This document shows, piece by piece, positions 37,767 to 47,182 of a DNA stretch of 64,000 nucleotides. Both the position numbers and the translations under genes were made by a program. The DNA lies in contig JAHJQN010000003.1 of the NCBI GenBank assembly GCA_018819225.1, positions 204,310 to 268,309 of the forward strand, written 5' to 3'. Each line of letters begins with the position of its first letter. The stretch's first letter is position 1. The notes under the pieces were generated by a model. It was not told the origin of the DNA. It did no database searches and saw only the letters and a program-made list of their open reading frames with translations. This DNA is from Candidatus Micrarchaeota archaeon. Lineage in GTDB: Archaea > Micrarchaeota > Micrarchaeia > Norongarragalinales > SBBD01.

Positions 37767-38201
37767 ATGAATGCGGAAGAACGAACGCTAATGGCCGTGG
37801 TCGAACGCAGCGACCGAACGAAGACGCCGAGTATTTCTCCGTTCAAAGGCGCCACGCTCATGGTGTTGAGATTCCTATTCATCAACGGCCAAGGCTACCC
37901 CACTCAAATTGCACGCCATTGCAAGATCACGGCGGCTCGCAGCTGCCAAGTGCTGAAAGATCTGGAGAAAAAAGGAGTGGTGCAAAGCACGTGCAAGGAA
38001 GAAAACTGCCGCTATTGCGACGCCACGGGAAGAAAGAACTACGGCACGCAGGCCGCCGACTGCATTTACTGCAAAGGTTCGGGCACCCTCAAAGAAAAAA
38101 CGTATCCGTTGGTATATCGAATCGCTGAAAAGTCCAAACCAGCCGTCTTCAACGTCTTCAACGCCATCTACGAAATCAGCCTCCACCAACAGAAGGCTTA
38201 G
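37767..38201 (+). CDS. winged-helix DNA-binding protein with DnaJ-like Zn finger inserted in the wing
   Basis: YPTQIARHCKITAARSCQVLKDLEKKGVV helix-turn-helix, then CRYCDATG...CIYCKGSG, then VYRI strand. Confidence 0.7.
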   Translation: MNAEERTLMAVVERSDRTKTPSISPFKGATLMVLRFLFINGQGYPTQIARHCKITAARSCQVLKDLEKKGVVQSTCKEENCRYCDATGRKNYGTQAADCIYCKGSGTLKEKTYPLVYRIAEKSKPAVFNVFNAIYEISLHQQKA

Positions 38202-38257
38202 GCGCTGGGGAAAGGGCTTTTAAGCGTCGGCACGTCTTACTCAACCAGGGACAGGGC

Positions 38258-38773
38258 ATGGAAGGAAAAAAGTGGTACCTGATATTCTACGACATCAAAG
38301 GATCCAAGGCGTTTGCCAAAAGCACGTTCCGCAGCAAGATCTCGCGCGTGCTCTCGCGCACCACGATCCTGCCACTCCAGCAAAGCGTGTGGGCCATCGA
38401 GTCCACGGAAGCCAACAAGGAAGTCGTTGATAAAGTCGTGGACCTCCTCAAAGCCCAGAACGCGAAAGTACTCTTGTTTGAAGGCTGGCCGACCTTACCC
38501 TCCACCCATGCGGATGTCAATGAAATGGTCGGCAGTCGCATGGACCAAAAATACGAGATCTTGAAAGGACAAGTGCTCGACCTGAAATCGAAAGTCAAGA
38601 AAGCCGAGAATCGGGAAAAAAGAAAACGCGAGTTTGCATCCGAGGCCTTGAAGCTTCGAAGAAAATTCGATCGCCTGGTCACCATGGATCCGAGAGACAT
38701 GATCTCCAACAACCGTACGCTCATCGAAGGGGAGTTCTTCGACCTCGAAAAAGAAATCAACGAGCTTCCCTAA
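38258..38773 (+). CDS. stand-alone Cas2-fold protein (PaaX central/ChrB N-terminal-like) with helical C-terminus
   Basis: WYLIFYDI...FRSKISRVL.....LQQSVWAI ferredoxin-like Cas2 pattern. Helical tail KYEIL...E..KLRRKF..L...D resembles ChrB-N/PaaX-C. Confidence 0.65.
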   Translation: MEGKKWYLIFYDIKGSKAFAKSTFRSKISRVLSRTTILPLQQSVWAIESTEANKEVVDKVVDLLKAQNAKVLLFEGWPTLPSTHADVNEMVGSRMDQKYEILKGQVLDLKSKVKKAENREKRKREFASEALKLRRKFDRLVTMDPRDMISNNRTLIEGEFFDLEKEINELP

Positions 38774-38800
38774 TGTAGAACCACTACTGGCGTACGGGTT

Positions 38801-39409
38801 TTAGGAAGCGATCGTAATGGCTGCGCAACCTCTTTCCTTCTCGATTCGCTTGATCAACCGCATCAGCCACAATCCTGAAAGCCGTATCGTTGTCCGTACC
38901 CACCCGCGGTTTAATTCGCTCATTATAAATCGAATGGACGATGGCGCGCGCACTCTCCGTCGCACGCGTAATTCAAAGACGACGCTGCGCGGATGCGGGA
39001 TCGCATAGGCTAAACGGGAACTCCACGGTTCCGGAAGCCGGAGCTTTCGAATACCGGCTTCCACTGTGGGACGGGCGCGCTTTTTCCGAAGATAAGCGCG
39101 ACGCCACATCCTCCAAGCCTCCCGCCCCGATACCTCTGGAGATTCGATGGAATGTATTCGCCGTTCTTCTTCAGACTTCCTCGTCCTTGAGGCCCTGGTT
39201 TTTGAATTTGATTCTTGGCGCCGTTCAATGAAGAGCTCTTGAGACGGCCATAGGGCCATCAGAACGCTTTTCGTCAACATCTGTTTGAATTGGAGCGCAA
39301 ACGCAGGATCTCCCAGGGAAACACGCGCAGTGGAATAAAACGAGGGAGGCATATGCGAGACGGTGAGCGTGTCTATGAGTAACCGCGACCGATTCCATTC
39401 CGGTGCCAT
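38801..39409 (-). CDS. hypothetical Arg-rich protein
   Basis: Longest ORF in the gap. ATG at 39409 lies ~25 bp downstream of an AT-rich box. No motif recognised. Confidence 0.4.
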   Translation of the reverse strand: MAPEWNRSRLLIDTLTVSHMPPSFYSTARVSLGDPAFALQFKQMLTKSVLMALWPSQELFIERRQESNSKTRASRTRKSEEERRIHSIESPEVSGREAWRMWRRAYLRKKRARPTVEAGIRKLRLPEPWSSRLAYAIPHPRSVVFELRVRRRVRAPSSIRFIMSELNRGWVRTTIRLSGLWLMRLIKRIEKERGCAAITIAS

Positions 39410-39477
39410 AATAGAAAGTCGACGGATCATCTTTTAATATTGAGGGGTTCATTCACACGGTTATCACATTTTTTCGC

Positions 39478-39813
39478 GTGAAAACCTTGAAGCAATTTAT
39501 TGACGATCTAAAACGAAATAGGTGCCGCGTGCTCTCGCTCTCGTTCAAGAGCCCGTCGCTCATCTTCTTGAAAGTCGAGCCCCCGCAATCCTCGGAAAAG
39601 GTCGGAGGCTTCTTGCTCCCGCAAGCTCTGCCCAATCAACCCATTCTCATGCTCCAACTTCGTTTGAATACAGAGATTTCATACGAGGAAAACGAGCCCG
39701 GGGTATTTGACGTGCGCATCGAGAACCCTCGAAAACCATTTACTGAACAGGAGTTGAAGGCGTTGGCTGCGCAAGAGTCCATTCAATTCATTAAAGCGAA
39801 AAACGGCGGATAG
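39478..39813 (+). CDS. hypothetical protein
   Basis: 111-aa ORF co-oriented with and adjacent to the next two genes. Confidence 0.55.
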   Translation: MKTLKQFIDDLKRNRCRVLSLSFKSPSLIFLKVEPPQSSEKVGGFLLPQALPNQPILMLQLRLNTEISYEENEPGVFDVRIENPRKPFTEQELKALAAQESIQFIKAKNGG

Positions 39814-39819
39814 ACGCGG

Positions 39820-40194
39820 ATGGAAAAATTCCTACAACACTTGTCGAAAATGCCGGAAATAGAGATTCGCGAAATCCGTTTCGGGCCTGCACGCGAAGGT
39901 ATCACGCACATGGGCTTTCCGGGATTTGAAATTCGCGTAACGCTCAAGAAACCGGGGAAACCCCCTCAAGGTAAAGCCGACACGCCCGAACGTTATCGGT
40001 TAGCCGTACTCGTTAAACGGGCCCAACACCTTAGCGGGAAAACCACTTCTTTTTCGGCGTTGTCCACGGCGGAAATGCCTCGGGCCAAAGAGCACATCGT
40101 CTTCGCGTCCCACCCCGATGTCACGAATCCGGAACAAGCCATCGCATTGCTTAAAAAGCTGGAGTTGCATCATTTATACGAGGGATCCGCATGA
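39820..40194 (+). CDS. hypothetical protein
   Basis: 124-aa ORF whose stop overlaps the prs start (ATGA). Confidence 0.6.
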   Translation: MEKFLQHLSKMPEIEIREIRFGPAREGITHMGFPGFEIRVTLKKPGKPPQGKADTPERYRLAVLVKRAQHLSGKTTSFSALSTAEMPRAKEHIVFASHPDVTNPEQAIALLKKLELHHLYEGSA

Positions 40195-41135
40195 AACTCG
40201 AGCGCATGAAACTGATTACGGGGAACTCGAACGTCACACTCGCCCGAGAAGTGTCGGCGTTCTTAAGCTCGAAGCTTGCGCACTGTACGGTTTCAAGGTT
40301 TTCCGATTCGGAAGTGCACGTGCAAATCGATGAAAGCATTCGCGGATCCGACGTGTTCGTGATCCAAAGCACGTGTCCTCCGGTCAACGATCACCTCATG
40401 GAACTCCTGATCGTGTTGGATGCGTTACGCCGCGCGTCCGCCAGCCGCATCACCGCCGTTATCCCTTATTATGGTTACGCACGCCAAGACCGGAAAGCGC
40501 ATCCCCGCCAACCCATCAGCGCTAAACTCGTTGCGAACTTGATTTCCACTGCCGGGGCCAACCGCGTCATGACCATTGATTTTCACAGCGATCAATTGCA
40601 GGGATTCTTTGACATTCAAGTGGACAACTTGTCTGCCATCAACCTGCTGGCGGACGAATTCGTGAAGCGCCAACGCGGTCCGCTCGTCGTGGTGGCGCCG
40701 GATGTCGGCGGAACCGTCCGAGCGCGACGGTTTGCCAAGCGCGTGAATGCTCCGCTAGCCATCATCGAAAAGCGGCGCCTGAAGCCCAACCAATCCGAGG
40801 TCATGAACGTGATCGGTGACGTGAAAGACAAGCACGCCATACTAGTCGATGACATGATCGATACCGCCGGAACCATCGTGCAAGCAGCGGGCGCCCTCAA
40901 GAATGCAGGGGCTAAAGACGTGTACGCGTGCGCCTCGCACGGCGTCTTTTCCGGATCCGCGTTCGACCGCCTCGACCGAAGCGTGATCAAAGAGGTCATC
41001 GTTACCGACACGATTCCGTTGAGGGGTTCGAAGAAGAAAACCCGTAAAATCCGCCAAGTCGGCGTGGGACAACTCCTGGCGGAAGCGATTCGGAGAACGC
41101 ACGAGGATGAAAGCGTGAGCATCCTCTTCCACTAA
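40191..41135 (+). CDS. prs: ribose-phosphate pyrophosphokinase (class I-like)
   Basis: FSDSE, IPYYGYARQDRK, VAPDVGG, VDDMIDTAGT, HGVFS, C-terminal SVSILF. Confidence 0.96.
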   Translation: MKLERMKLITGNSNVTLAREVSAFLSSKLAHCTVSRFSDSEVHVQIDESIRGSDVFVIQSTCPPVNDHLMELLIVLDALRRASASRITAVIPYYGYARQDRKAHPRQPISAKLVANLISTAGANRVMTIDFHSDQLQGFFDIQVDNLSAINLLADEFVKRQRGPLVVVAPDVGGTVRARRFAKRVNAPLAIIEKRRLKPNQSEVMNVIGDVKDKHAILVDDMIDTAGTIVQAAGALKNAGAKDVYACASHGVFSGSAFDRLDRSVIKEVIVTDTIPLRGSKKKTRKIRQVGVGQLLAEAIRRTHEDESVSILFH

Positions 41136-41139
41136 TACC

Positions 41140-41541
41140 CTAATCGATGCGCAACAACTTACCTCCTTTTTCCGAGACACTTAATTTGGGAACGCGGAGC
41201 TCTAACTTCCCGTCTTTAAAGACGGAAATCGCGAGATCCGGATTCACTTCCTCGGGGAAGGGGATCACGCGCTTGAACTCCTCCAAATAGGCAGCTGAAA
41301 ACGTGCTGTCCTCGAAATCCCGCGATTCCTTGCGATGCGTCAACCCCCGTATAGAAACCGAATCCGGATAAACAATGACTTTCAAATCCTCTTTCCGCAT
41401 CCCGTTAACATCCGCTGCAACAATAAACGCGTCCGGTTCCTCCCTTAGCGTCGCGCGAGGAAGCGGTTTCGGCCGTTCAAAAAAGTCAGGATACGCGGGT
41501 TCAAAGCCATCAAAATGCATTAGATCCATCATGCGTAACAC
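41140..41541 (-). CDS. small heat shock protein Hsp20 (start uncertain)
   Basis: EEPDAFIVAADV.GM.KEDLKV, FKRVIPFPEEVNP..A...FKDGKLELRVPK. Confidence 0.88.
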   Translation of the reverse strand: MLRMMDLMHFDGFEPAYPDFFERPKPLPRATLREEPDAFIVAADVNGMRKEDLKVIVYPDSVSIRGLTHRKESRDFEDSTFSAAYLEEFKRVIPFPEEVNPDLAISVFKDGKLELRVPKLSVSEKGGKLLRID

Positions 41542-41555
41542 CTCATATATATAAC

Positions 41556-41608
41556 AGCAGAGTACTTGTTTTGTTAAGTAATTTACTGTTTGTAACCAGT
41601 ATATTACT
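41556..41608. promoter_or_regulatory. three AGYA-N3-TACT palindromic boxes at 21-bp period (putative heat-shock operator)
   Basis: AGCAGAGTACT 41556-41566, AGTAATTTACT 41577-41587, AGTATATTACT 41598-41608, lying between divergent TATA-like boxes (~41546-41553 and ~41616-41623). Confidence 0.65.
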
Positions 41609-41654
41609 ACAACTATTTATAAAGGTTTCCGTGCATAGTTTAATGAGAAGCCGT

Positions 41655-42056
41655 ATGGCTGAAGAACCCAAAATCATCACCATCAGGCGCATCGAACGCC
41701 CCCGGAGAAGCACGCCGGAAGACGAACTCGACTGGCTATGCAAATGTTTCGGATTTTCGGAACAAGATGATCTGCGAAAACACATCCTGCAGGAAATCTT
41801 GGAAGCCGAGCGCCAAGAACGCGGAGTGCGCAGCCATAACATCAGCATAAAAATGCATGTGACGCGCGGAGGCGCCGTATACCACTTGAACAAAATGATC
41901 GAAAGCGGGCTCATCGTGCGCAACGGAAGGGAATACGAGCTCCGTGGACAGAATCTGGAACAAACGTTGGAGGAAATGGAGGAAGACATGTTGCGCATGT
42001 TCAAGCGCATGCGAAACATTGCCAAGGAACTGGATGAGGACATGGGACTCCAGTAA
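41655..42056 (+). CDS. ArsR/wHTH-type transcriptional regulator heading grpE-dnaK
   Basis: SHNISIKMHVTRGGAVYHLNKMIESGLIVR.GREYEL HTH, followed by a coiled-coil C-terminus. Confidence 0.8.
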   Translation: MAEEPKIITIRRIERPRRSTPEDELDWLCKCFGFSEQDDLRKHILQEILEAERQERGVRSHNISIKMHVTRGGAVYHLNKMIESGLIVRNGREYELRGQNLEQTLEEMEEDMLRMFKRMRNIAKELDEDMGLQ

Positions 42057-42086
42057 TCCGAGTCCAGCCATTGAGAGGATATCACC

Positions 42087-42629
42087 ATGAGCAACGATCG
42101 TCACGCCGAAAATCCGGCACCCGAAAAAAAGGAACTGCCGAAAGAGAAGAGTGCGGAAGAATGCGCGCAGGAGTATTTGACGCGATTGAAATACCTGGCA
42201 GCCGAATTCGATAATTACAAGAAACAAATGGCGAAAGAAAAGGAGAATTGGATGAACGCAGGACAAACGCAGCTCATCGCCGAACTCATACCGACCTTGG
42301 ACGAATTTGATGCCGCCCTGGAATCGATGAAAAAAGCTCCGGTGTCAAACGAGGCCGTTGCCGGTGTGGAAATCGTGCAGAAAAACATGCATCGCATGCT
42401 CCGTGAAAAAGGTTTGAAACAGGTGGAGACTCACGGAAAGCGTTTCGACCCGCACCAGCACGAAGCCATCGCCTATGAAGCGGTCGGAGAACAAGAGCCC
42501 GCGAACCATATTCTCCGCGTGATTCAAACCGGATATGAAATCAATGGAATACTCATCCGACCAGCTCAAGTGGTCGTATCGAAACACAACGCGCCCGAAA
42601 AAGGGGGAAAAAAAGGTGAACCACCATGA
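42087..42629 (+). CDS. grpE: nucleotide exchange factor GrpE
   Basis: [39 protein letters not shown]. Confidence 0.95.
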   Translation: MSNDRHAENPAPEKKELPKEKSAEECAQEYLTRLKYLAAEFDNYKKQMAKEKENWMNAGQTQLIAELIPTLDEFDAALESMKKAPVSNEAVAGVEIVQKNMHRMLREKGLKQVETHGKRFDPHQHEAIAYEAVGEQEPANHILRVIQTGYEINGILIRPAQVVVSKHNAPEKGGKKGEPP

Positions 42630-44464
42630 TAGAAAAAATTCTCGGAATCGATTTAGGAACCAGCAACAGCGCCGCCTCCGTCCTCGATGCCGGACGGCCC
42701 ATGATTATTCCAGCCGCCGAAGGCACGACCATCGGCGGAAAAGCGTTTCCGAGCTACGTGGCGTTCACGAAGGAAGGCGACATGCTCGTGGGCGAGCCCG
42801 CTCGCAGACAAATGGTGACGAATCCCGACGGAACCGTCTACGCAGCCAAACGAAAAATCGGATCCGATTTCATTTATTCCATCCGGGGAAAAACGTATAC
42901 GCCTCAACAAATTTCCGCATTTCTGTTGCAGAAGATCAAGAAGGATGCCGAAGCGTTTCTAGGCGTGCCCGTCCGCAAAGCCGTTATCACGGTACCGGCA
43001 TACTTCAACGACAACCAGCGTCAGGCGACGAAAGATGCGGGAACCATTGCCGGACTCGAGGTCGTCCGCATCATCAACGAGCCCACCGCGGCGTCTCTCG
43101 CATTCGGTTTAGACAAAGGCGATAAAGAAGAATTGATCCTCGTCTTCGATTTCGGGGGGGGAACACTCGACGTCACCGTCATGGAGTTCGGAAAAGGCGT
43201 GTTTGAAGTGAAAAGTACGTCGGGAGACACGCAACTCGGCGGCACGGACATGGATAACGTCCTCATCGAATACGTTGCCCAGGAGTTCAGTAAAAAAGAA
43301 GGCGCCGACTTGAGGCAAGACGGGACCGCGATGACGCGATTGCGTGAAGCCGTTGAAAAAGCGAAGATGGAACTCTCGACGACCACCAGCACGGACATCA
43401 ACTTGCCATTCATTACGTCCGTGGGAGGTAAACCCAGGCATCTACAACTCCCCCTCTCTCGCGCCAAGCTCGAGCAGCTCGTGCGCCCGATTGTCGAACG
43501 ATGCCGCAATCCATTACATCGCGCGCTCTCGGATGCGAAACTGGAGGCAACAGACATTAACCGAGTCATTCTCGTGGGAGGACCCACGCGCATGCCGCTC
43601 GTACAACAATTCGTGGAAGAAGAGCTCGGAAAGAAAATCGAGCGCGGCGTGGACCCCATGGAATGCGTGGCCAGTGGGGCTGCCATTCAAGCCGGGGTGC
43701 TCGCTGGTGAAGTCAAGGACGTCCTGCTGCTCGACGTCACCCCCTTATCCCTCGGCATTGAAACGTTGGGCGGGGTATTCACAAAAATTATCGGCCGCAA
43801 CACCACCATTCCCACGAAACACAGCCAAGTGTTTTCAACGGCCGCCGATATGCAAACCGCGGTCGACATTCACGTGCTGCAAGGCGAACGCGCCATGTCG
43901 AAAGACAACGTGGAGCTCGGGCATTTTCAACTCGTTGGCATTCCGCCGGCCCCCCGCGGCATTCCGCAAGTCGAGGTCGCATTCGACATCGATGCGAACG
44001 GGATTCTGCACGTGTTGGCGAAAGACAAGGGAACCGGAAAAGAGCAGAAGATTCAAATCACGGCTCCGCACAAGCTCCCGAAAAGCGACGTGGAACGCAT
44101 GATGAAGGAAGCCGAGCAGTTTGCATCTCAAGACCAGAAACGAAAGGCCGATGTCGACGTCATCAATGAAGCGGACGCCATCGCGTACTCGGCCGAACAG
44201 ATGCTGGAGCAATTCAAGGACAAGATTTCCGCGGAACAGAAAACGAAAATTACGGAGGAAGCGGCCTCGATTCGAAAATTGATCGCGGAAAAGAACACCG
44301 AGGCATTGAAGCCGAAAGTCGATGAAATCAAAAAGCTCGTCCAAAGCATTGGAGCCAGCTTTTACCAACCGCAGCAAGAACCCCATACGCCCCCGAAAGG
44401 AAACGGTTCGGAAAAGATCGTTGACGCCGAGTATTCCGTGGAAGACGAAGAAAAGAAGGACTAG
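42626..44464 (+). CDS. dnaK: chaperone DnaK (Hsp70)
   Basis: [45 protein letters not shown]-terminal VDAEY. Confidence 0.98.
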   Translation: MIEKILGIDLGTSNSAASVLDAGRPMIIPAAEGTTIGGKAFPSYVAFTKEGDMLVGEPARRQMVTNPDGTVYAAKRKIGSDFIYSIRGKTYTPQQISAFLLQKIKKDAEAFLGVPVRKAVITVPAYFNDNQRQATKDAGTIAGLEVVRIINEPTAASLAFGLDKGDKEELILVFDFGGGTLDVTVMEFGKGVFEVKSTSGDTQLGGTDMDNVLIEYVAQEFSKKEGADLRQDGTAMTRLREAVEKAKMELSTTTSTDINLPFITSVGGKPRHLQLPLSRAKLEQLVRPIVERCRNPLHRALSDAKLEATDINRVILVGGPTRMPLVQQFVEEELGKKIERGVDPMECVASGAAIQAGVLAGEVKDVLLLDVTPLSLGIETLGGVFTKIIGRNTTIPTKHSQVFSTAADMQTAVDIHVLQGERAMSKDNVELGHFQLVGIPPAPRGIPQVEVAFDIDANGILHVLAKDKGTGKEQKIQITAPHKLPKSDVERMMKEAEQFASQDQKRKADVDVINEADAIAYSAEQMLEQFKDKISAEQKTKITEEAASIRKLIAEKNTEALKPKVDEIKKLVQSIGASFYQPQQEPHTPPKGNGSEKIVDAEYSVEDEEKKD

Positions 44465-45147
44465 CGCTTCCGGTGCCGACGCTGAATGGCGTCGCGGACG
44501 CTCTGGCGGTCCCCTTCCTTCTGCGCCACAAGCTCCCGATACGTCGTCGAGTCCAGTTCGCGCTTCATAAAACGAATGTGAAGTTCTTTCAGCTCGCGAT
44601 CCAAACGCGCCAAGTCCTTCCGCATATCCTTGACTTCCCGACGCGTACGTGTGACGCGTCGGAACCCGAAGAACAATCCGTACGCCCCCACCAATACGAT
44701 GATCGCGCCCACGGCGTAATAAACCGGCAGTCCATCCGGAGGAGCTCGTTGTTGAAACGTCGTCACCTGAACCGGCACGCCCTCAAACAACTCCAATAAG
44801 TACGATCCGGATCCTTGCGCCGATTGAAGGGTCAAACGATACGTTCCGCGGACCGGTGGCGACACCACACAGGAAAACTCGGTGTCTAAAACTCGCGCGC
44901 ACGCGCATGCGGAAGGCCCCGTGCACACGATATCCGTTAACGGAAGGGATACGTTTCCAATCAATGAAAGGGATTCACCGAGCACGACTCCGCCCGGAGG
45001 GTATATCAATGAACGCAATTCAACGACCGGCCTATCTTCTTCCGGAATCAAATCGGTCAGGTTGAGAAAATAGAAATCCGTGAGCTCTTGTTGCGCCAAC
45101 GACGTAGATGCCAGGACGACGAGCAGGATACCCAGGACTCGCCTCAT
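44461..45147 (-). CDS. secreted/membrane protein with C-terminal coiled coil
   Basis: Signal peptide, Cys-containing beta domain, TM helix, basic coiled coil. Confidence 0.65.
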   Translation of the reverse strand: MRRVLGILLVVLASTSLAQQELTDFYFLNLTDLIPEEDRPVVELRSLIYPPGGVVLGESLSLIGNVSLPLTDIVCTGPSACACARVLDTEFSCVVSPPVRGTYRLTLQSAQGSGSYLLELFEGVPVQVTTFQQRAPPDGLPVYYAVGAIIVLVGAYGLFFGFRRVTRTRREVKDMRKDLARLDRELKELHIRFMKRELDSTTYRELVAQKEGDRQSVRDAIQRRHRKR

Positions 45148-45353
45148 GATTCAAACGCCTTTTTCTCCCGCTTCCACGCATCCAGCTCGTGCTGACCCAC
45201 CGTCTTCTCTTGATCGATAGCGCGTTCCTCGATACGGGATTGCTTTCGGCTCTTCATCCCATACACGTAATGAACGAAGACGAGTACGCCGATCAACAAG
45301 AGAATCACCATACCCATGACTTCCAATAACTTCCAAGTAAACGCGTCCAGCAT
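45144..45353 (-). CDS. small membrane protein (69 aa)
   Basis: GGAGG SD, single TM, overlaps the next gene's start. Confidence 0.6.
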   Translation of the reverse strand: MLDAFTWKLLEVMGMVILLLIGVLVFVHYVYGMKSRKQSRIEERAIDQEKTVGQHELDAWKREKKAFES

Positions 45354-45376
45354 ATGCTCGTCAACGCCTCCGAGAA

Positions 45377-45718
45377 TTAACGTTTGCGCTCTTTTTCGAT
45401 GATCACGGCGGTTCCGTAAGCAAAAATGTCGAGCGTAGCCGGAAGAATCTGCGTGGAACCGAAGGAAACACCGACGACGGCATTCGCCCCATGACGCTTG
45501 GCTTGCGACACGAGCTCGTGCACGATCTCTTTCCGCGCCTCGTTCATCATGTTACGGTACGCGGTCTGTTCCCCTCCGACTAACGACTTCAGAATTTCAA
45601 CGATATCCATCAGAAAATTTTTCGAGCGCGCGGTCGAAGCCCATACGAGACCCCGATACGACTTCACACGATAACCCGGTACGGAATGAAGCGTGGAAAC
45701 CAGCAAATCGTCGGCCAT
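45377..45718 (-). CDS. YbjQ/UPF0145 family protein
   Basis: VPGY.V....GLV, LVGGE...Y..MMNEAR, A...GANAVVGV, AYGTAV. Confidence 0.9.
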   Translation of the reverse strand: MADDLLVSTLHSVPGYRVKSYRGLVWASTARSKNFLMDIVEILKSLVGGEQTAYRNMMNEARKEIVHELVSQAKRHGANAVVGVSFGSTQILPATLDIFAYGTAVIIEKERKR

Positions 45719-45722
45719 GGTA

Positions 45723-47123
45723 TCATTCACCTCTAAGGTACGCATCTTCCTTGAACACGTAATTCATTAATGCATCGCGCAACGTCTTATTGCGTTTCGC
45801 CTCTATTAATAGGTTTTCTTTCTCGATGAAACGCGCTTTTGAAAACGGCTTGACGAGATGCGACGCCACTGCGTATTGGGGAGGATGCTCGCGCACCTGT
45901 TCCAATAACTGCGTCGCCGTACGCATGGGACGCGGTTCTTCCACAACGACCTTGCTCCCTTCAACAAACGGACCCCGAATGCGTTTGGGATGCGAATCCA
46001 GAAAACGCTCCAAATCCCCGTGGAAATAAACGGGCGGCCCATACACCTTATACAGCTTGCTCGACACCGCGTGCTCCAGCTCCAACAATATGTAGCAAGA
46101 GTCCTTCGAAAGAAAGGATACCGAGTCGTGAACCGTGAAATCCTCGATTTCCAAGTGCTTTCGAAGCGAACGCTCGGTCCGACGGAGTTGCGGCACGAGA
46201 ATATCCGAAACCAATGCGTCCGGGCGCGGGAATTCCGCCAGCACCAACGGCATGCGTTGCCTGAATCCTTTCGTCAATTCGTTAAACGAGCGTCGTTTCG
46301 AAACCGGGAAGAAAAAGCCGCGGCCGGGTTTCGCCGTAAAACGCCTGGCGAGAACAATAAATTTCGCTAGATTTTCCTCGCTCACCGCAGCGCCTGCGTT
46401 TCGCGTCGCGTCAATGAAATCCACGAGAACCAACGGAGACGGAAAGCGGCGCTGCATGTCCTCGGGAATGCCTTCGTAAGCGTTCTCAATGTCCAACAAC
46501 ACCGGCGGCCGCCAGTCCGACACATGCTCCAAAAGAGTAAACAAGTTGCGGAAATTAAGAATCAAGTACTCGCAAACCAAGCCAGAAAACCCTTGCACTT
46601 CCGCCTCGGCACCGTAAATGCCGTGGGACTTCAACAATTTCTTGAGCACGCGCACGTCGCGCCGTTGAAGGGCCGTCAGCTTTTCCTGCAAGTACGTCAT
46701 GTGCAACGGCGTACGATCCACCGCGGAAATGATGCGTTCGCTCTTGGAAATCGTGTAGCACGGAATCACCTCTACTTTATACTGCCGGATGCGCGCTTGA
46801 TAATAGGGGTGTTCCGCGTAATGCATTTCCCACGAAGCGGGAATGGCGGTTTGGAGCGCCTTCCCTAACGTTTTCACCAAATGGTCGCGGCTCTTGTTCT
46901 GCGGAAACCCGACGAACAAGTCGATATCCCGGTCGTTTTTCAGACCCGTATCGCGGGCCGTGGAACCCACGAAGCGCACGGAAACCGTTCCCCCCAACGC
47001 GTCTTCGATACGCGTCGCCAAGCGTCGGGCAAACCGTTTTTCCACGGCCGCTTCCACCGACGAAGGCGTGACGCGTTCGCTCACCCATTCGAAGATCTTC
47101 TCGGCCAATGGTCGTCGATCCAT
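45723..47123 (-). CDS. cca: CCA-adding enzyme (archaeal class I)
   Basis: VGSTARDT.L..DRDIDLF, YAEHPY, SAVDRTPLH, GIYGAE...GFSG..CE.L. Confidence 0.94.
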   Translation of the reverse strand: MDRRPLAEKIFEWVSERVTPSSVEAAVEKRFARRLATRIEDALGGTVSVRFVGSTARDTGLKNDRDIDLFVGFPQNKSRDHLVKTLGKALQTAIPASWEMHYAEHPYYQARIRQYKVEVIPCYTISKSERIISAVDRTPLHMTYLQEKLTALQRRDVRVLKKLLKSHGIYGAEAEVQGFSGLVCEYLILNFRNLFTLLEHVSDWRPPVLLDIENAYEGIPEDMQRRFPSPLVLVDFIDATRNAGAAVSEENLAKFIVLARRFTAKPGRGFFFPVSKRRSFNELTKGFRQRMPLVLAEFPRPDALVSDILVPQLRRTERSLRKHLEIEDFTVHDSVSFLSKDSCYILLELEHAVSSKLYKVYGPPVYFHGDLERFLDSHPKRIRGPFVEGSKVVVEEPRPMRTATQLLEQVREHPPQYAVASHLVKPFSKARFIEKENLLIEAKRNKTLRDALMNYVFKEDAYLRGE

Positions 47124-47182
47124 GCCCCTCTCGATAGCATTAGTTCCTCCGCTTTAAAAGCATTAGCCGCCTCTGAAGACTC

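Noticed and set aside
38258-38773. Bona fide cas2 of a CRISPR-Cas locus
   Set aside because: No cas1, cas4 or array nearby, and the long helical extension fits PaaX/ChrB-N-like proteins better.
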